From: a virus
Lineage: Duplodnaviria; Heunggongvirae; Uroviricota; Caudoviricetes
Direction: 5' to 3' (one strand)
Length of the DNA stretch: 36,223 nucleotides
IMG/VR virus record: IMGVR_UViG_2778261231_000006
Span: 1 to 36,223 of that record
Positions 18,294-27,897 of this stretch are shown one piece after another. A model generated the notes under the pieces. It was not told where the DNA came from. It was given only the letters and a program-made list of their open reading frames with translations, and did not search any database. The translations under genes and the position numbers were made by a program. The first letter of the stretch is position 1. Each line of letters begins with the position of its first letter.

Positions 18294-18365
18294 TATTAAC
18301 ATGAAAATTCAAAATGAATTATGCTAATCAATTGATTTCTATCTTATATTCTCAGATGATTAAAG

Positions 18366-18818
18366 CTAACGATTCAGGTGAGCCAGGATAATCTCTTCAA
18401 TCATCTGCACATCCTCACCGGTAAAGCCGAGCAGAGGACGCGCCGGATAATCAATTTTCTTACCGTCTTTCCGGGTTTCTTCCGACAGACCGAACTGATG
18501 CACGCTGGCGATTTTCGGTGACTTCCCGCCGTAAAATTCCATTGATGCCTGTTCAGGGCTGGCGCGGATATGCAAAAAACGACTGGTGATAAGTTTCGCA
18601 AACATTTTTCGCTTAACGCGACCGGTCTTTTTTCTGGCGCTCTGCTGCTGACGTGGCGCGTAGGGTGTGCCGTCCGGGGCTTTCTGAGCCATCACCCGGC
18701 GCTGCTGACTCTGCCGCAGACGTTTCGCCAGTTCGGCACTCAGTCGCCGACGCCCTGACGGTGACAGCGATTCAGTCAGTCCGGCCAGCCGGTCTTCAAA
18801 ACGCTTAAACTCATTCAT
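18366..18818 (-). CDS. S: Tail completion protein gpS
   Basis: 150 aa, MNEFKRFEDRLAGLTESLSPSGRRRLSAELAKRLRQSQQRRV. Confidence 0.92.
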   Translation of the reverse strand: MNEFKRFEDRLAGLTESLSPSGRRRLSAELAKRLRQSQQRRVMAQKAPDGTPYAPRQQQSARKKTGRVKRKMFAKLITSRFLHIRASPEQASMEFYGGKSPKIASVHQFGLSEETRKDGKKIDYPARPLLGFTGEDVQMIEEIILAHLNR

Positions 18819-19281
18819 CCCACTTGCTCACCAGTTCGCCATTGATATAAAGCTCCATCGGGCGGGTGACCGGCTCCGGCGGCGGGGGTTCCGGAATATT
18901 CTTCACATGCAGTGCGCCGTCAACCTCACTGACCAGCGTGCGCTCGGTCAGCATCAGGCTGATGCTGATATCAAAGCTGCTGTCATTGTTGATGTCTGCA
19001 TAAAACGTGAAGCCCTTTTTCTGGCCTTCGTCGGTGGTCATGATGTCGGGCTGATTTTCCCGCAGCCACGCCAGCACCGGCACGATGAGCAGGTCAAAAT
19101 CACCGGTAAAGTCGGTCACAATGACATTGAGCGTGTAACGCTTTTCGAATGACAGCGACGCCGCCAGTGTGGAGGCAATACTCCCGTTATCCACGAATAT
19201 CCGCAGCATCTCTGGACTGGTTTTCAACACCGTGACGGCATCAGTCAGCGCCCTGCGCAGGCTGTCGGGTTTGAGCATCAT
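18811..19281 (-). CDS. R: Tail completion protein gpR
   Basis: 156 aa, MMLKPDSLRRALTDAVTVLKTSPEMLRIFVDNGSIASTLAASLSF. Confidence 0.92.
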   Translation of the reverse strand: MMLKPDSLRRALTDAVTVLKTSPEMLRIFVDNGSIASTLAASLSFEKRYTLNVIVTDFTGDFDLLIVPVLAWLRENQPDIMTTDEGQKKGFTFYADINNDSSFDISISLMLTERTLVSEVDGALHVKNIPEPPPPEPVTRPMELYINGELVSKWDE

Positions 19282-19531
19282 TTTCGTCCTGACAGTGTTT
19301 AATCATTTTTACCTGGCTGGCACAGCGTGCCAGCGCGTCCTCAAGCTGCCGGATATCGGCACTTAAATCGCCGTTCTTCTGCGGGTCACTGCCCGGCATC
19401 GGGCAAAGGCTCACTTTCGGGCAGGCGTTGTGGACAATCACTGGCGTCAGTGCAGGCCGTGCGCTGGTGCAACCGGCGCACAGCATCAGGCAGGTCAGCA
19501 CCGTACCAGCGGCGAAAATCCTCGTTTTCAT
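19241..19531 (-). CDS. lysC: LysC (Rz1-like outer-membrane lipoprotein spanin), embedded out of frame in lysB
   Basis: MKTRIFAAGTVLTCLMLCAGCTS lipobox; start at the internal ATG 19531; 96 aa as in P2. Confidence 0.8.
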   Translation of the reverse strand: MKTRIFAAGTVLTCLMLCAGCTSARPALTPVIVHNACPKVSLCPMPGSDPQKNGDLSADIRQLEDALARCASQVKMIKHCQDENDAQTRQPAQGAD

Positions 19532-19811
19532 TAAGTAACCTCGTGATGGTTTTCTCGCGCTGTGCTTCACGCTTCGCAGCGTTCTCCAGCTCCTGACGCA
19601 GAGCCACCTGCGCCAGCTCGTTTTTGTCTGCTCTGGTGAGCGCAACATGAAGCTGATTTTTCAGCATGGTGATGGTCGTCTGCTGTTCACTGGCGACGTT
19701 GTTCGCCCTGTCCAGCGAGGCGCGCAGGCTGGCATTTTTATGTTTCACCAGAAACAGACCGGCCACCGCCAGCGATAACAACACGACCAGCACAGTCATC
19801 AGCTTTGACAT
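19386..19811 (-). CDS. lysB: LysB (Rz-like inner-membrane spanin)
   Basis: 141 aa, MSKLMTVLVVLLSLAVAGLFLVKHKNASLRASLDRANNVASEQQ, N-terminal TM plus coiled coil. Confidence 0.9.
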   Translation of the reverse strand: MSKLMTVLVVLLSLAVAGLFLVKHKNASLRASLDRANNVASEQQTTITMLKNQLHVALTRADKNELAQVALRQELENAAKREAQREKTITRLLNENEDFRRWYGADLPDAVRRLHQRTACTDASDCPQRLPESEPLPDAGQ

Positions 19812-20224
19812 GGTTCCCGCCCCTCAAAACGCTGACGGCAGGCCGTACGTATCAGCCGGAAGAACAGCGACGCCACGAGATAAATCAGCGCGGTAAAAAT
19901 CCACCCGGCAGCGACCAGCGAGATAAACGTCGTCACCATCACCACCAGAGCCGCCGCCCGTCTGCGCCACGGCACCGGCTGCAAAAACAGCGACGCGACA
20001 ATCTTCACGGCCAGCGATTCCGGCGGCAGCTCCCGTCCGTAGCGTTCCAGTACATACTCCGTGGCATACACGCCGACACCACCGGCAACCACACAGATAA
20101 CCGTCGCCAGAATCGCCCAGGCAGCGACAAAACTGACGGCCACGCTCTGCGGGTAAATCAGGGACAGTGCCAGCATCAGCGCCAGCGACACGTGCAGCAT
20201 CAGTGAAAGGGATAATTTTTTCAT
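19799..20224 (-). CDS. lysA: LysA (lysis-timing membrane protein, antiholin-like)
   Basis: 141 aa, multiple hydrophobic helices, position between K and lysB. Confidence 0.85.
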   Translation of the reverse strand: MKKLSLSLMLHVSLALMLALSLIYPQSVAVSFVAAWAILATVICVVAGGVGVYATEYVLERYGRELPPESLAVKIVASLFLQPVPWRRRAAALVVMVTTFISLVAAGWIFTALIYLVASLFFRLIRTACRQRFEGREPCQS

Positions 20225-20238
20225 GGTGTTTACTCCGT

Positions 20239-20736
20239 TTAAGCCGGTGCGCCGCCAGCGGTACGCCAGACGGTGACCAGTTTTTCCAGTGAATGCTCAC
20301 GCTGACCGTAACCGGCACCCGGCAGGGACGCCCAGATATTGCGACAGCGTGAAATGGCGCGCTCAATGCGTCCCGCCCGGATGTCATCCAGTGCACCGCG
20401 TTCGCGGATCAACTGAATGGCAAGTCTGTCCTGTGACAACGGACTGAAATCCGGCAGGGCAAGCTGTTTGCGGTAGTGCGGCCAGAACAGGTAAAGCTGC
20501 TGATAGCGACCGGAGGCCGTGGATTTTTCACCGCGACGGTTAAACACCTTCGCCGGTCGGCCATGTGCGAACGGGTGGTCACTGTAGTCGGTGAAGATTT
20601 CCAGCTTCCCGTCCAGTCCGGTGACTATCACGTCATAGCCCCGGTTTTTCGTCAGCGGGTGATTCGCCGTCCCTTCGGACACGGCCAGCATGTCGAGAAA
20701 GGCAGCGATATTCTGATGCGTGTTAATTTCCGGCAT
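20239..20736 (-). CDS. K: Endolysin gpK (lysozyme-like)
   Basis: 165 aa, MPEINTHQNIAAFLDMLAVSEGTANHPLTKNRGYDVIVTG. Confidence 0.92.
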   Translation of the reverse strand: MPEINTHQNIAAFLDMLAVSEGTANHPLTKNRGYDVIVTGLDGKLEIFTDYSDHPFAHGRPAKVFNRRGEKSTASGRYQQLYLFWPHYRKQLALPDFSPLSQDRLAIQLIRERGALDDIRAGRIERAISRCRNIWASLPGAGYGQREHSLEKLVTVWRTAGGAPA

Positions 20737-21017
20737 TACTGTTTCCCCCTGCCCTTAAAGCGGCGCTGAATGGCAATCTCAATCACCTGATAACCGGCGA
20801 TACCCAGCATGGAGCCGATGCCGCACACCGCAGGCAGTGACAGGTCAGGAAACTGCACCAGAACAACACCGGCAACCATCGAGACAAAACCACCGAGCAA
20901 CATGCGCCCGATAAACAGACGCGGGGTGATGGGTTCACCACCGGCAAGCACCTTGCCGACAACAATCAGCACCCCAATCATGAAAAGCGACAGGACGCTT
21001 TTTTCTTCTGCTGTCAT
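20736..21017 (-). CDS. Y: Holin gpY
   Basis: 93 aa, hydrophobic, MTAEEKSVLSLFMIGVLIVVGKVLAGGEPITPRLFIGRMLLGG. Confidence 0.9.
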   Translation of the reverse strand: MTAEEKSVLSLFMIGVLIVVGKVLAGGEPITPRLFIGRMLLGGFVSMVAGVVLVQFPDLSLPAVCGIGSMLGIAGYQVIEIAIQRRFKGRGKQ

Positions 21018-21020
21018 GCG

Positions 21021-21224
21021 TTACTCCCACAGATTGACAGTTTCAGCCACGGGCGCGGTCTGAACGTCGGGCAGTTCGACGGCGGTGCCGTGCGGCAGCA
21101 CCGCACCCAGTTCAGCCAGTCCCGGATTTGCGGCAAGCACGGCTTCAACCACGCCCTCAGTGCGCCCGTAATACCGGACACAAATGGCGTCGAGCGTGTC
21201 GCCCTGTAGCGCAAAGGTCTTCAT
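21021..21224 (-). CDS. X: Tail protein gpX (LysM-like)
   Basis: MKTFALQGDTLDAICVRYYGRTEGVVEAVLAANPGLAELG; ATGA overlap with the L stop. Confidence 0.9.
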   Translation of the reverse strand: MKTFALQGDTLDAICVRYYGRTEGVVEAVLAANPGLAELGAVLPHGTAVELPDVQTAPVAETVNLWE

Positions 21225-21733
21225 CAGATTTGACTCACGATGCAGCGCGGCTTGTCCTGGATGCGCGCCACTGCCCAGCGCATATCCCGCCACAGTTCAT
21301 CAATGGTGCTGTCAATGCTGTCAGCCTTCTTGTCGCCTTTCGCACTGGCATCCACGCCGCGATAACGCTCATAAAGCGACGCGGTCGCCATCGCACACAC
21401 GGCGCGCTCGTAGTAAAAAACTTTGATGCTTTCACCGTCGATGTCGTCCGCCGGGACGTCCGCCAGACGCGTAAAACCGGCAGCAATTTTCTGTTCGCGG
21501 TACTCGTACAGCTCCGCATTCGTTTCAGCCATGCCTGACTTGATGGCCTCACGCAGACGGGCGGGGGCGACGGTCTGCTCAAGGCGCATACGTTCCCGGA
21601 CGCGCTTCGGGTCGATATCGGGAAAAAAGAACGTGTTTTTAATCACCGGCTCGTCGCCTGCCGGTTGCGGGATGACCACCGTACCCTCACCGGACACGGG
21701 AGCCTCCTTTCGCGGAATAATCAGCGTCATCAT
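21224..21733 (-). CDS. L: Head completion protein gpL
   Basis: MMTLIIPRKEAPVSGEGTVVIPQPAGDEPVIKNTFFFPDIDPKRVRERMR; start at internal ATG to give 169 aa. Confidence 0.9.
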   Translation of the reverse strand: MMTLIIPRKEAPVSGEGTVVIPQPAGDEPVIKNTFFFPDIDPKRVRERMRLEQTVAPARLREAIKSGMAETNAELYEYREQKIAAGFTRLADVPADDIDGESIKVFYYERAVCAMATASLYERYRGVDASAKGDKKADSIDSTIDELWRDMRWAVARIQDKPRCIVSQI

Positions 21734-21832
21734 GACTACCTCTGAAAAGTCGGGCGGTGGACGCCGGTGTAGTGTCAGGTGATTCACCCTCACTGACCGG
21801 CGTGCCGCCCTGGCGCGGGGCGCATTCGGTTG

Positions 21833-22576
21833 TTAACTGGCTTTCTTTTTCGGGCGTCCACGTTTTGCCGGTGTCACGCTCCGGGTCTTACGCGTGGCAC
21901 GGGTGGCCGCTTTGGGTTGCGGCTCCGGCTTCGGTTTCAGCTCCCGCTCCAGTCGTTCAATCTCTTTTTTGACGCCTGCCTGACAGTCGAGCTGTGTCGC
22001 ACGTTGCAGGTGAGCCAGCGCACCGGCGGCATCACCACCGTCACGCAGAAACAGACCGGTGATTTTGTGCAGCTTTGCGCGCACTTCATCAGGCATGTCA
22101 GCCGTGGCGGTCAGTTCGAGGGTCTCCGTCAGCAGGCGGGGATCCACAGACTCACCGGCAGCGTGGGCGCGCATGGCCGCGAGCGCCACCTCCTCGGTGA
22201 ACATGTACGGCGGGGTGCGGCGGTGTTTACCCGGCATGGTCAGACCGTACTTCAGGGCATAACGGGCAATCTCCAGCGCACCGGCAATATCGCCGGTATC
22301 CAGACGCCACAGCATGACCGTCATCAGAATGTCATCCTGTGCGCCTTTGCCCTGCTCCAGCACGCCGTTCACCCACGGCAACCAGAACGGCAGCAGTTCG
22401 CGTTTTTTCGCGGCCTTCAGCTCTTTTGAATAAATCGCTTTCAGTGTGCGCTGGTCTGCGGCGAGCTTAACCAGCATCTGCTCATAGACAGTTGCATGTC
22501 GCAGTGGGGCGGCTTCCCGCTGCGCGGTCATCGCTGCCGAGACCCGCATCATGTGGCGCTGTGCGGGACTCGTCAT
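21833..22576 (-). CDS. M: Terminase small (endonuclease) subunit gpM
   Basis: 247 aa, MTSPAQRHMMRVSAAMTAQREAAPLRHATVYEQMLVKLAADQRTLKA. Confidence 0.92.
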   Translation of the reverse strand: MTSPAQRHMMRVSAAMTAQREAAPLRHATVYEQMLVKLAADQRTLKAIYSKELKAAKKRELLPFWLPWVNGVLEQGKGAQDDILMTVMLWRLDTGDIAGALEIARYALKYGLTMPGKHRRTPPYMFTEEVALAAMRAHAAGESVDPRLLTETLELTATADMPDEVRAKLHKITGLFLRDGGDAAGALAHLQRATQLDCQAGVKKEIERLERELKPKPEPQPKAATRATRKTRSVTPAKRGRPKKKAS

Positions 22577-22579
22577 CGG

Positions 22580-23653
22580 TTACGCTCCCGGCTCTGCGGT
22601 CGCCTTGGCCGGTGTGGAGAAATCACCGACCTTAATTTTTTCCACCAGACAGCCGGCGGCGTAGTCTTCCACCACGTAATCAATGTTCATTGACTCGTAG
22701 TTCTCCACGCGGTCGAGTTTCGGGTTTTCCTCAATCACGCGGCGATGGCTGTCATCCATGTAGTAGATGGACAGGTTTTCCAGCTTCGTGATGAGCATCG
22801 CATCCGCCGGGAAGTACGGGACGCGTACCGCTGGCAGGTTACCGATGCGTTTCTGGCTGATGATGACGTCAGCGGCCAGCATTTCGCTGTTGTCCTGCTC
22901 CTTGTTAACGATGGGGAAATACTTGTCCGCCAGTAACTGACGTCCCACTATCACCACAAGGTCAGGGTCTTCCTGATACCACGGTTCGATCAGGTTGTTG
23001 GTCGCATCCATCACCAGTGCATCAAGGCTGGCATAATCACCGCCCTTACCCACGCGGATGACCTCAGAGGTCGTGTGACCTTCCTCGTCAGTGACCTTGC
23101 TCATCACGCGCGCCGGGGCTTCATTGCGGTATTTCTGCAGCCAGCCGACCGCCACATCCTGCAGCATCGGGTTACTGCTGCGGTCAGAGGTTTCGGCACG
23201 CTTCACGCCGTTAAAACCGGCCATGATGAAATCAAGGGACTGGCGTTTGATAATGGCGTTACGGACACGGAGCTGGAAATCCTGATAACGCGCCCACAGG
23301 TCCAGCGTTTTGTAGCGGATATAAAAATCGAAGTTAATCTGGTCGCATTCGTACTTGTTTGACGCCAGCTTCGAGAAGTCCTTCGGCTGACGCTCGGTGC
23401 CACCGGCAGTGTCGGTGGTGCTGGCGATGGAGCCGGTGACACCGATACCAATTTTTTCCCCTTTCATTTCGCTGACCGGCACAATGTTGATGCGGGTCAG
23501 AAAATCAGAGGACTCCTGCATGGTGTTCATCAGGGTCTGGGTGACCGACGGTTCAACGGTGAATTTTTTCGACACATCACCGGCGTCGATGCCGTTCAGT
23601 TCGGCAACACGGGACAGGTAGGCATTAAATTTAAAGCGGGTTTCCTGGCGCAT
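22580..23653 (-). CDS. N: Major capsid protein gpN
   Basis: 357 aa, MRQETRFKFNAYLSRVAELNGIDAGDVSKKFTVEPSVTQTLMNTMQESSDFLTRINIV. Confidence 0.93.
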   Translation of the reverse strand: MRQETRFKFNAYLSRVAELNGIDAGDVSKKFTVEPSVTQTLMNTMQESSDFLTRINIVPVSEMKGEKIGIGVTGSIASTTDTAGGTERQPKDFSKLASNKYECDQINFDFYIRYKTLDLWARYQDFQLRVRNAIIKRQSLDFIMAGFNGVKRAETSDRSSNPMLQDVAVGWLQKYRNEAPARVMSKVTDEEGHTTSEVIRVGKGGDYASLDALVMDATNNLIEPWYQEDPDLVVIVGRQLLADKYFPIVNKEQDNSEMLAADVIISQKRIGNLPAVRVPYFPADAMLITKLENLSIYYMDDSHRRVIEENPKLDRVENYESMNIDYVVEDYAAGCLVEKIKVGDFSTPAKATAEPGA

Positions 23654-23711
23654 AGTTTTTCCTGAAATTAAGGGTTAATCGTGAAGGTTTTCCCGGACTG
23701 ACTGACGCCGG

Positions 23712-24566
23712 TCAGCAGTTCGTCATCAGGGCGTCACCGCCACCACCGGTGGCCTTGCTGCGGCGCTGCTGGGTCAGACTTTCGGTGTGGTCGAGACTGT
23801 TTTTCAGGCGGGTGAATGCCTGGCTGGTTTCATCCGCCCTGTCAGTCACCTCCTGCTTAAGTGCAGAAAAGGCGGTTTCCATCTCAGCGAGGCGCTGCTC
23901 AGTGGCGCTCAGTTTTTCCTGCACATGTTCAGCAACAGCGGTCACCGCTTCATGCACGTCATTCAGACGGGCATCATCGCTGGCCTGTTTGCGGCCAAAA
24001 ATGGACTTCACCTTTTCGGTCAGGGCGGTGAACACGGTTTCAGGCAGGTCTTCAAATTCCAGCTCAACAGGCGTTGCCACTGAAATCAGGTTTTCAGGGC
24101 TTAATTTGAAGCGATTCAGGGGGTTGTGTTTTGCCGTGCGGCAGAATTCCAGGTATTCCGTGCCGAGGCTTGCCGGGTCATCGGTGACGGCCAGACCCAC
24201 CAGATAACATTTGCCGGTATTGGCAAAGTTCGGCTGAATTTCCATTGAGGTATAGACCTTCTGCGCGGCCTTGTTCATCGCGATAAGGTCATCGGTCGGG
24301 GTGATTTTCGCAAACAGCGCCCATTTGCCTTTCAGCGCCGAATCATCGTCAATCTTTTCGGCCTTCAGTTCGGCCACATCGCCATAACGCTTAAAAATAC
24401 CGTCAGGCAGGATGCCGCGCAGATGTTCCAGGTTAATGCGGCAACCATAGACTCGCGGGTCAAAGGTTTCGGCCATTTCCTGAATATCCTGCGCACTGAT
24501 GACACGCCCGTCACAGGTGTCACCTTCAACGCCGATACGAAAGAATTTTGAGACTTTTTTTGCCAT
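23712..24566 (-). CDS. O: Capsid scaffolding protein gpO
   Basis: MAKKVSKFFRIGVEGDTCDGRVISAQDIQEMAETFDPRVYGCRINLEH; start at internal ATG 24566 to give 284 aa. Confidence 0.92.
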   Translation of the reverse strand: MAKKVSKFFRIGVEGDTCDGRVISAQDIQEMAETFDPRVYGCRINLEHLRGILPDGIFKRYGDVAELKAEKIDDDSALKGKWALFAKITPTDDLIAMNKAAQKVYTSMEIQPNFANTGKCYLVGLAVTDDPASLGTEYLEFCRTAKHNPLNRFKLSPENLISVATPVELEFEDLPETVFTALTEKVKSIFGRKQASDDARLNDVHEAVTAVAEHVQEKLSATEQRLAEMETAFSALKQEVTDRADETSQAFTRLKNSLDHTESLTQQRRSKATGGGGDALMTNC

Positions 24567-24739
24567 TGTCAGGAGTCCTGAATAGTGATTAGAGGAGTCA
24601 CATGTCGGCATCAGTTTCCCGACGATGCGCATCCTCCGCCATCAGTCCCGGATGGCTTATCACTGACACAACAGCACCTTAGCGAATCGCGGGACGCGAC
24701 TCAGTAGCCTTGCCGTGTATTCATCACGGCGAGGTATTC

Positions 24740-26512
24740 ATGACCATCACCACAGACACCACTCTTTTACACGACCCGCGTCGTCAGGCGGCGCTGCTGT
24801 ACTGGCAGGGATTTTCCGTGCCGCAGATTGCCGCCATGTTGCAGATGAAACGCCCGACGGTGCAGAGCTGGAAACAGCGCGACGGCTGGGACAGCGTTGC
24901 CCCCATCAGCCGTGTCGAAATGAGTCTGGAAGCGCGGCTGACCCAGCTCATCATCAAACCGCAGAAAACCGGCGGTGACTTCAAGGAAATTGACCTGCTG
25001 GGACGCCAGATTGAACGACTGGCGCGGGTCAACCGCTACAGTCAGACCGGCAACGAGGCAGACCTTAATCCGAACGTCGCTAACCGCAACAAAGGCGGGC
25101 GCCGCAAACCGAAAAAGAATTTTTTCAGCGACGAAGCCATCGAAAAGCTGGAGCAGATTTTCTTTGAGCAGTCTTTCGAATATCAGTTGCACTGGTATCG
25201 CGCCGGGCTTGAGCACCGCATCCGCGATATCCTGAAATCCCGCCAGATTGGCGCAACGTTTTATTTTTCCCGCGAGGCGCTGCTGCGCGCCCTGAAAACC
25301 GGCCATAACCAGATTTTTCTGTCGGCCAGTAAAACGCAGGCGTATGTGTTCCGCGAATACATCATCGCCTTTGCCCGTCTGGTTGACGTTGACCTGACCG
25401 GTGACCCGATTGTCCTGGGCAATAACGGCGCAAAACTGATTTTTCTCGGCACCAACTCCAACACCGCGCAGAGCCATAACGGCGACCTGTACGTCGATGA
25501 GATTTTCTGGATCCCGAATTTTCAGGTACTGCGTAAGGTGGCATCAGGTATGGCCTCACAGAGTCACCTGCGTTCGACCTATTTCTCCACCCCGTCCACG
25601 CTGGCGCACGACGCCTACCCGTTCTGGTCGGGTGAACTGTTTAACCGGGGACGCGCCAGCGCCGCTGAACGCGTGGAAATCGACGTCAGTCATAACGCAC
25701 TTGCCGGAGGTCTTCTCTGTGCGGACGGCCAGTGGCGGCAGATTGTCACCATTGAGGACGCCCTGAAAGGCGGCTGCACGCTGTTCGACATTGAGCAGCT
25801 CAAACGCGAAAACAGCGCCGACGATTTTAAAAACCTGTTCATGTGTGAATTTGTTGACGACAAGGCGTCGGTGTTCCCGTTCGAGGAGTTGCAACGCTGC
25901 ATGGTCGACACGCTGGAAGAATGGGAAGACTATGCGCCGTTTGCCGCCAATCCGTTCGGCTCACGCCCGGTCTGGATTGGTTACGACCCGTCACACCGTG
26001 GCGACAGCGCCGGATGCGTGGTACTGGCACCGCCGGTGGTTGCCGGTGGCAAATTCAGAATACTTGAGCGTCACCAGTGGAAAGGCATGGACTTTGCCAC
26101 CCAGGCGGAATCCATCCGCAAACTCACCGAAAAATACAACGTCGAATACATCGGTATTGATGCCACCGGCCTCGGTGTCGGCGTGTTCCAGCTCGTGCGC
26201 TCGTTCTATCCTGCCGCGCGCGACATCCGCTACACGCCGGAAATGAAAACCGCAATGGTGCTCAAGGCAAAAGACGTTATCCGCCGTGGCTGTCTGGAAT
26301 ACGACGTCAGCGCCACCGACATCACCAGCTCGTTTATGGCTATCCGCAAGACCATGACCAGCAGCGGACGCAGCGCCACCTATGAGGCCAGCCGCAGCGA
26401 GGAAGCCAGCCACGCCGACCTCGCCTGGGCGACCATGCACGCCCTGTTAAATGAGCCACTCACCGCCGGTATCAGCACCCCGCTGACATCCACCATTCTG
26501 GAGTTTTACTGA
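24740..26512 (+). CDS. P: Terminase large (ATPase) subunit gpP
   Basis: MTITTDTTLLHDPRRQAALLYWQGFSVPQIAAMLQMKRPTVQSWKQRDGWD; 590 aa from ATG 24740; divergent from O. Confidence 0.93.
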   Translation: MTITTDTTLLHDPRRQAALLYWQGFSVPQIAAMLQMKRPTVQSWKQRDGWDSVAPISRVEMSLEARLTQLIIKPQKTGGDFKEIDLLGRQIERLARVNRYSQTGNEADLNPNVANRNKGGRRKPKKNFFSDEAIEKLEQIFFEQSFEYQLHWYRAGLEHRIRDILKSRQIGATFYFSREALLRALKTGHNQIFLSASKTQAYVFREYIIAFARLVDVDLTGDPIVLGNNGAKLIFLGTNSNTAQSHNGDLYVDEIFWIPNFQVLRKVASGMASQSHLRSTYFSTPSTLAHDAYPFWSGELFNRGRASAAERVEIDVSHNALAGGLLCADGQWRQIVTIEDALKGGCTLFDIEQLKRENSADDFKNLFMCEFVDDKASVFPFEELQRCMVDTLEEWEDYAPFAANPFGSRPVWIGYDPSHRGDSAGCVVLAPPVVAGGKFRILERHQWKGMDFATQAESIRKLTEKYNVEYIGIDATGLGVGVFQLVRSFYPAARDIRYTPEMKTAMVLKAKDVIRRGCLEYDVSATDITSSFMAIRKTMTSSGRSATYEASRSEEASHADLAWATMHALLNEPLTAGISTPLTSTILEFY

Positions 26513-27546
26513 TGAGTAAGAAAAAAGGGAAAACACCGCGACCTGCGGCAAAAACAATCACCGCCAGCGCCCCGAAAATGGAAGCATTCACCTTTGGCGA
26601 GCCGGTGCCGGTACTCGACCGCCGTGACATTCTGGATTACGTCGAGTGCATCAGTAACGGCAGATGGTATGAGCCACCAGTCAGCTTTACCGGTCTGGCA
26701 AAAAGCCTGCGTGCTGCCGTGCATCACAGCTCACCGATTTACGTCAAACGCAATATTCTGGCTTCAACGTTTATCCCGCATCCGTGGCTTTCGCAACAGG
26801 ATTTCAGCCGCTTTGTGCTGGATTTTCTGGTGTTCGGTAATGCGTTTCTGGAAAAGCGTTACAGCACCACCGGTAAGGTCATCAGACTGGAAACCTCACC
26901 GGCAAAATATACCCGCCGTGGTGTGGAAGAGGATGTTTACTGGTGGGTGCCGTCCTTCAACGAGCCGACAGCCTTCGCACCCGGCTCCGTGTTTCACCTG
27001 CTGGAGCCGGATATTAATCAGGAGCTGTACGGCCTGCCGGAATATCTCAGCGCCCTTAACTCTGCCTGGCTGAATGAGTCGGCCACGCTGTTCCGCCGCA
27101 AGTATTACGAAAACGGCGCTCATGCCGGATACATCATGTACGTCACCGATGCCGTGCAGGATCGCAACGATATCGAAATGCTTCGCGAAAACATGGTTAA
27201 GTCGAAAGGCCGCAATAACTTTAAAAATCTGTTTCTCTATGCCCCACAGGGGAAAGCCGACGGCATTAAAATTATCCCGCTCAGTGAAGTGGCAACGAAG
27301 GACGATTTTTTTAATATCAAAAAAGCCAGCGCCGCTGACCTGCTGGACGCGCATCGCATCCCCTTTCAGTTGATGGGGGGCAAGCCGGAGAACGTCGGGT
27401 CGCTGGGTGATATTGAGAAAGTGGCAAAGGTCTTTGTCCGCAATGAGCTTATCCCGTTACAGGACAGGATCCGCGAGATAAACGGCTGGCTCGGTCAGGA
27501 GGTCATCCGATTTAAAAACTACTCACTGGACACTGACAACGGCTGA
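26512..27546 (+). CDS. Q: Portal protein gpQ
   Basis: 344 aa, MSKKKGKTPRPAAKTITASAPKMEAFTFGEPVPVLDRRDILDYVECISNGRWYEPP. Confidence 0.93.
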   Translation: MSKKKGKTPRPAAKTITASAPKMEAFTFGEPVPVLDRRDILDYVECISNGRWYEPPVSFTGLAKSLRAAVHHSSPIYVKRNILASTFIPHPWLSQQDFSRFVLDFLVFGNAFLEKRYSTTGKVIRLETSPAKYTRRGVEEDVYWWVPSFNEPTAFAPGSVFHLLEPDINQELYGLPEYLSALNSAWLNESATLFRRKYYENGAHAGYIMYVTDAVQDRNDIEMLRENMVKSKGRNNFKNLFLYAPQGKADGIKIIPLSEVATKDDFFNIKKASAADLLDAHRIPFQLMGGKPENVGSLGDIEKVAKVFVRNELIPLQDRIREINGWLGQEVIRFKNYSLDTDNG

Positions 27547-27551
27547 ACATC

Positions 27552-27573
27552 GCCGCCTGCGGGCGGCTTTTTT
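27552..27573 (+). terminator. Intrinsic terminator after Q (GCCGCC-TGCG-GGCGGC then T6)
   Basis: Perfect GC stem immediately followed by TTTTTT, 6 nt after the Q stop. Confidence 0.65.
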
Positions 27574-27715
27574 ACACCCCGTCATCACCCCCTCACACGC
27601 TCACCACCGCACAAAACACCCCGCAGACACACCAACGCCTCAACGGGCAGACTAAGCGCCGTCACGACGCGCTGAGACGCTGAAAAAATAAAATCCGCAC
27701 CACCGCCAGCGCGCA

Positions 27716-27734
27716 GTGCTTTCCCCGCCTCGCC
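27716..27734. other. cos: cos site: 19-nt cohesive-end sequence (reverse complement GGCGAGGCGGGGAAAGCAC)
   Basis: Exact match to the remembered P2 cohesive-end 19-mer, located just past Q as in P2. Confidence 0.8.
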
Positions 27735-27897
27735 CGCCCGCTTCATGGAGCGCTTTTAATGCAGTTGCAATAACACATCAAAACATCGTCAATACAGGCG
27801 ATTATAAACAATAAAAAACGATCGCTGCCGCATGCAAAATCATGCACTAAATGCATGTATTGAAGGGAAATTAGGAACGTGCTCGTTTGGGTCTAAA

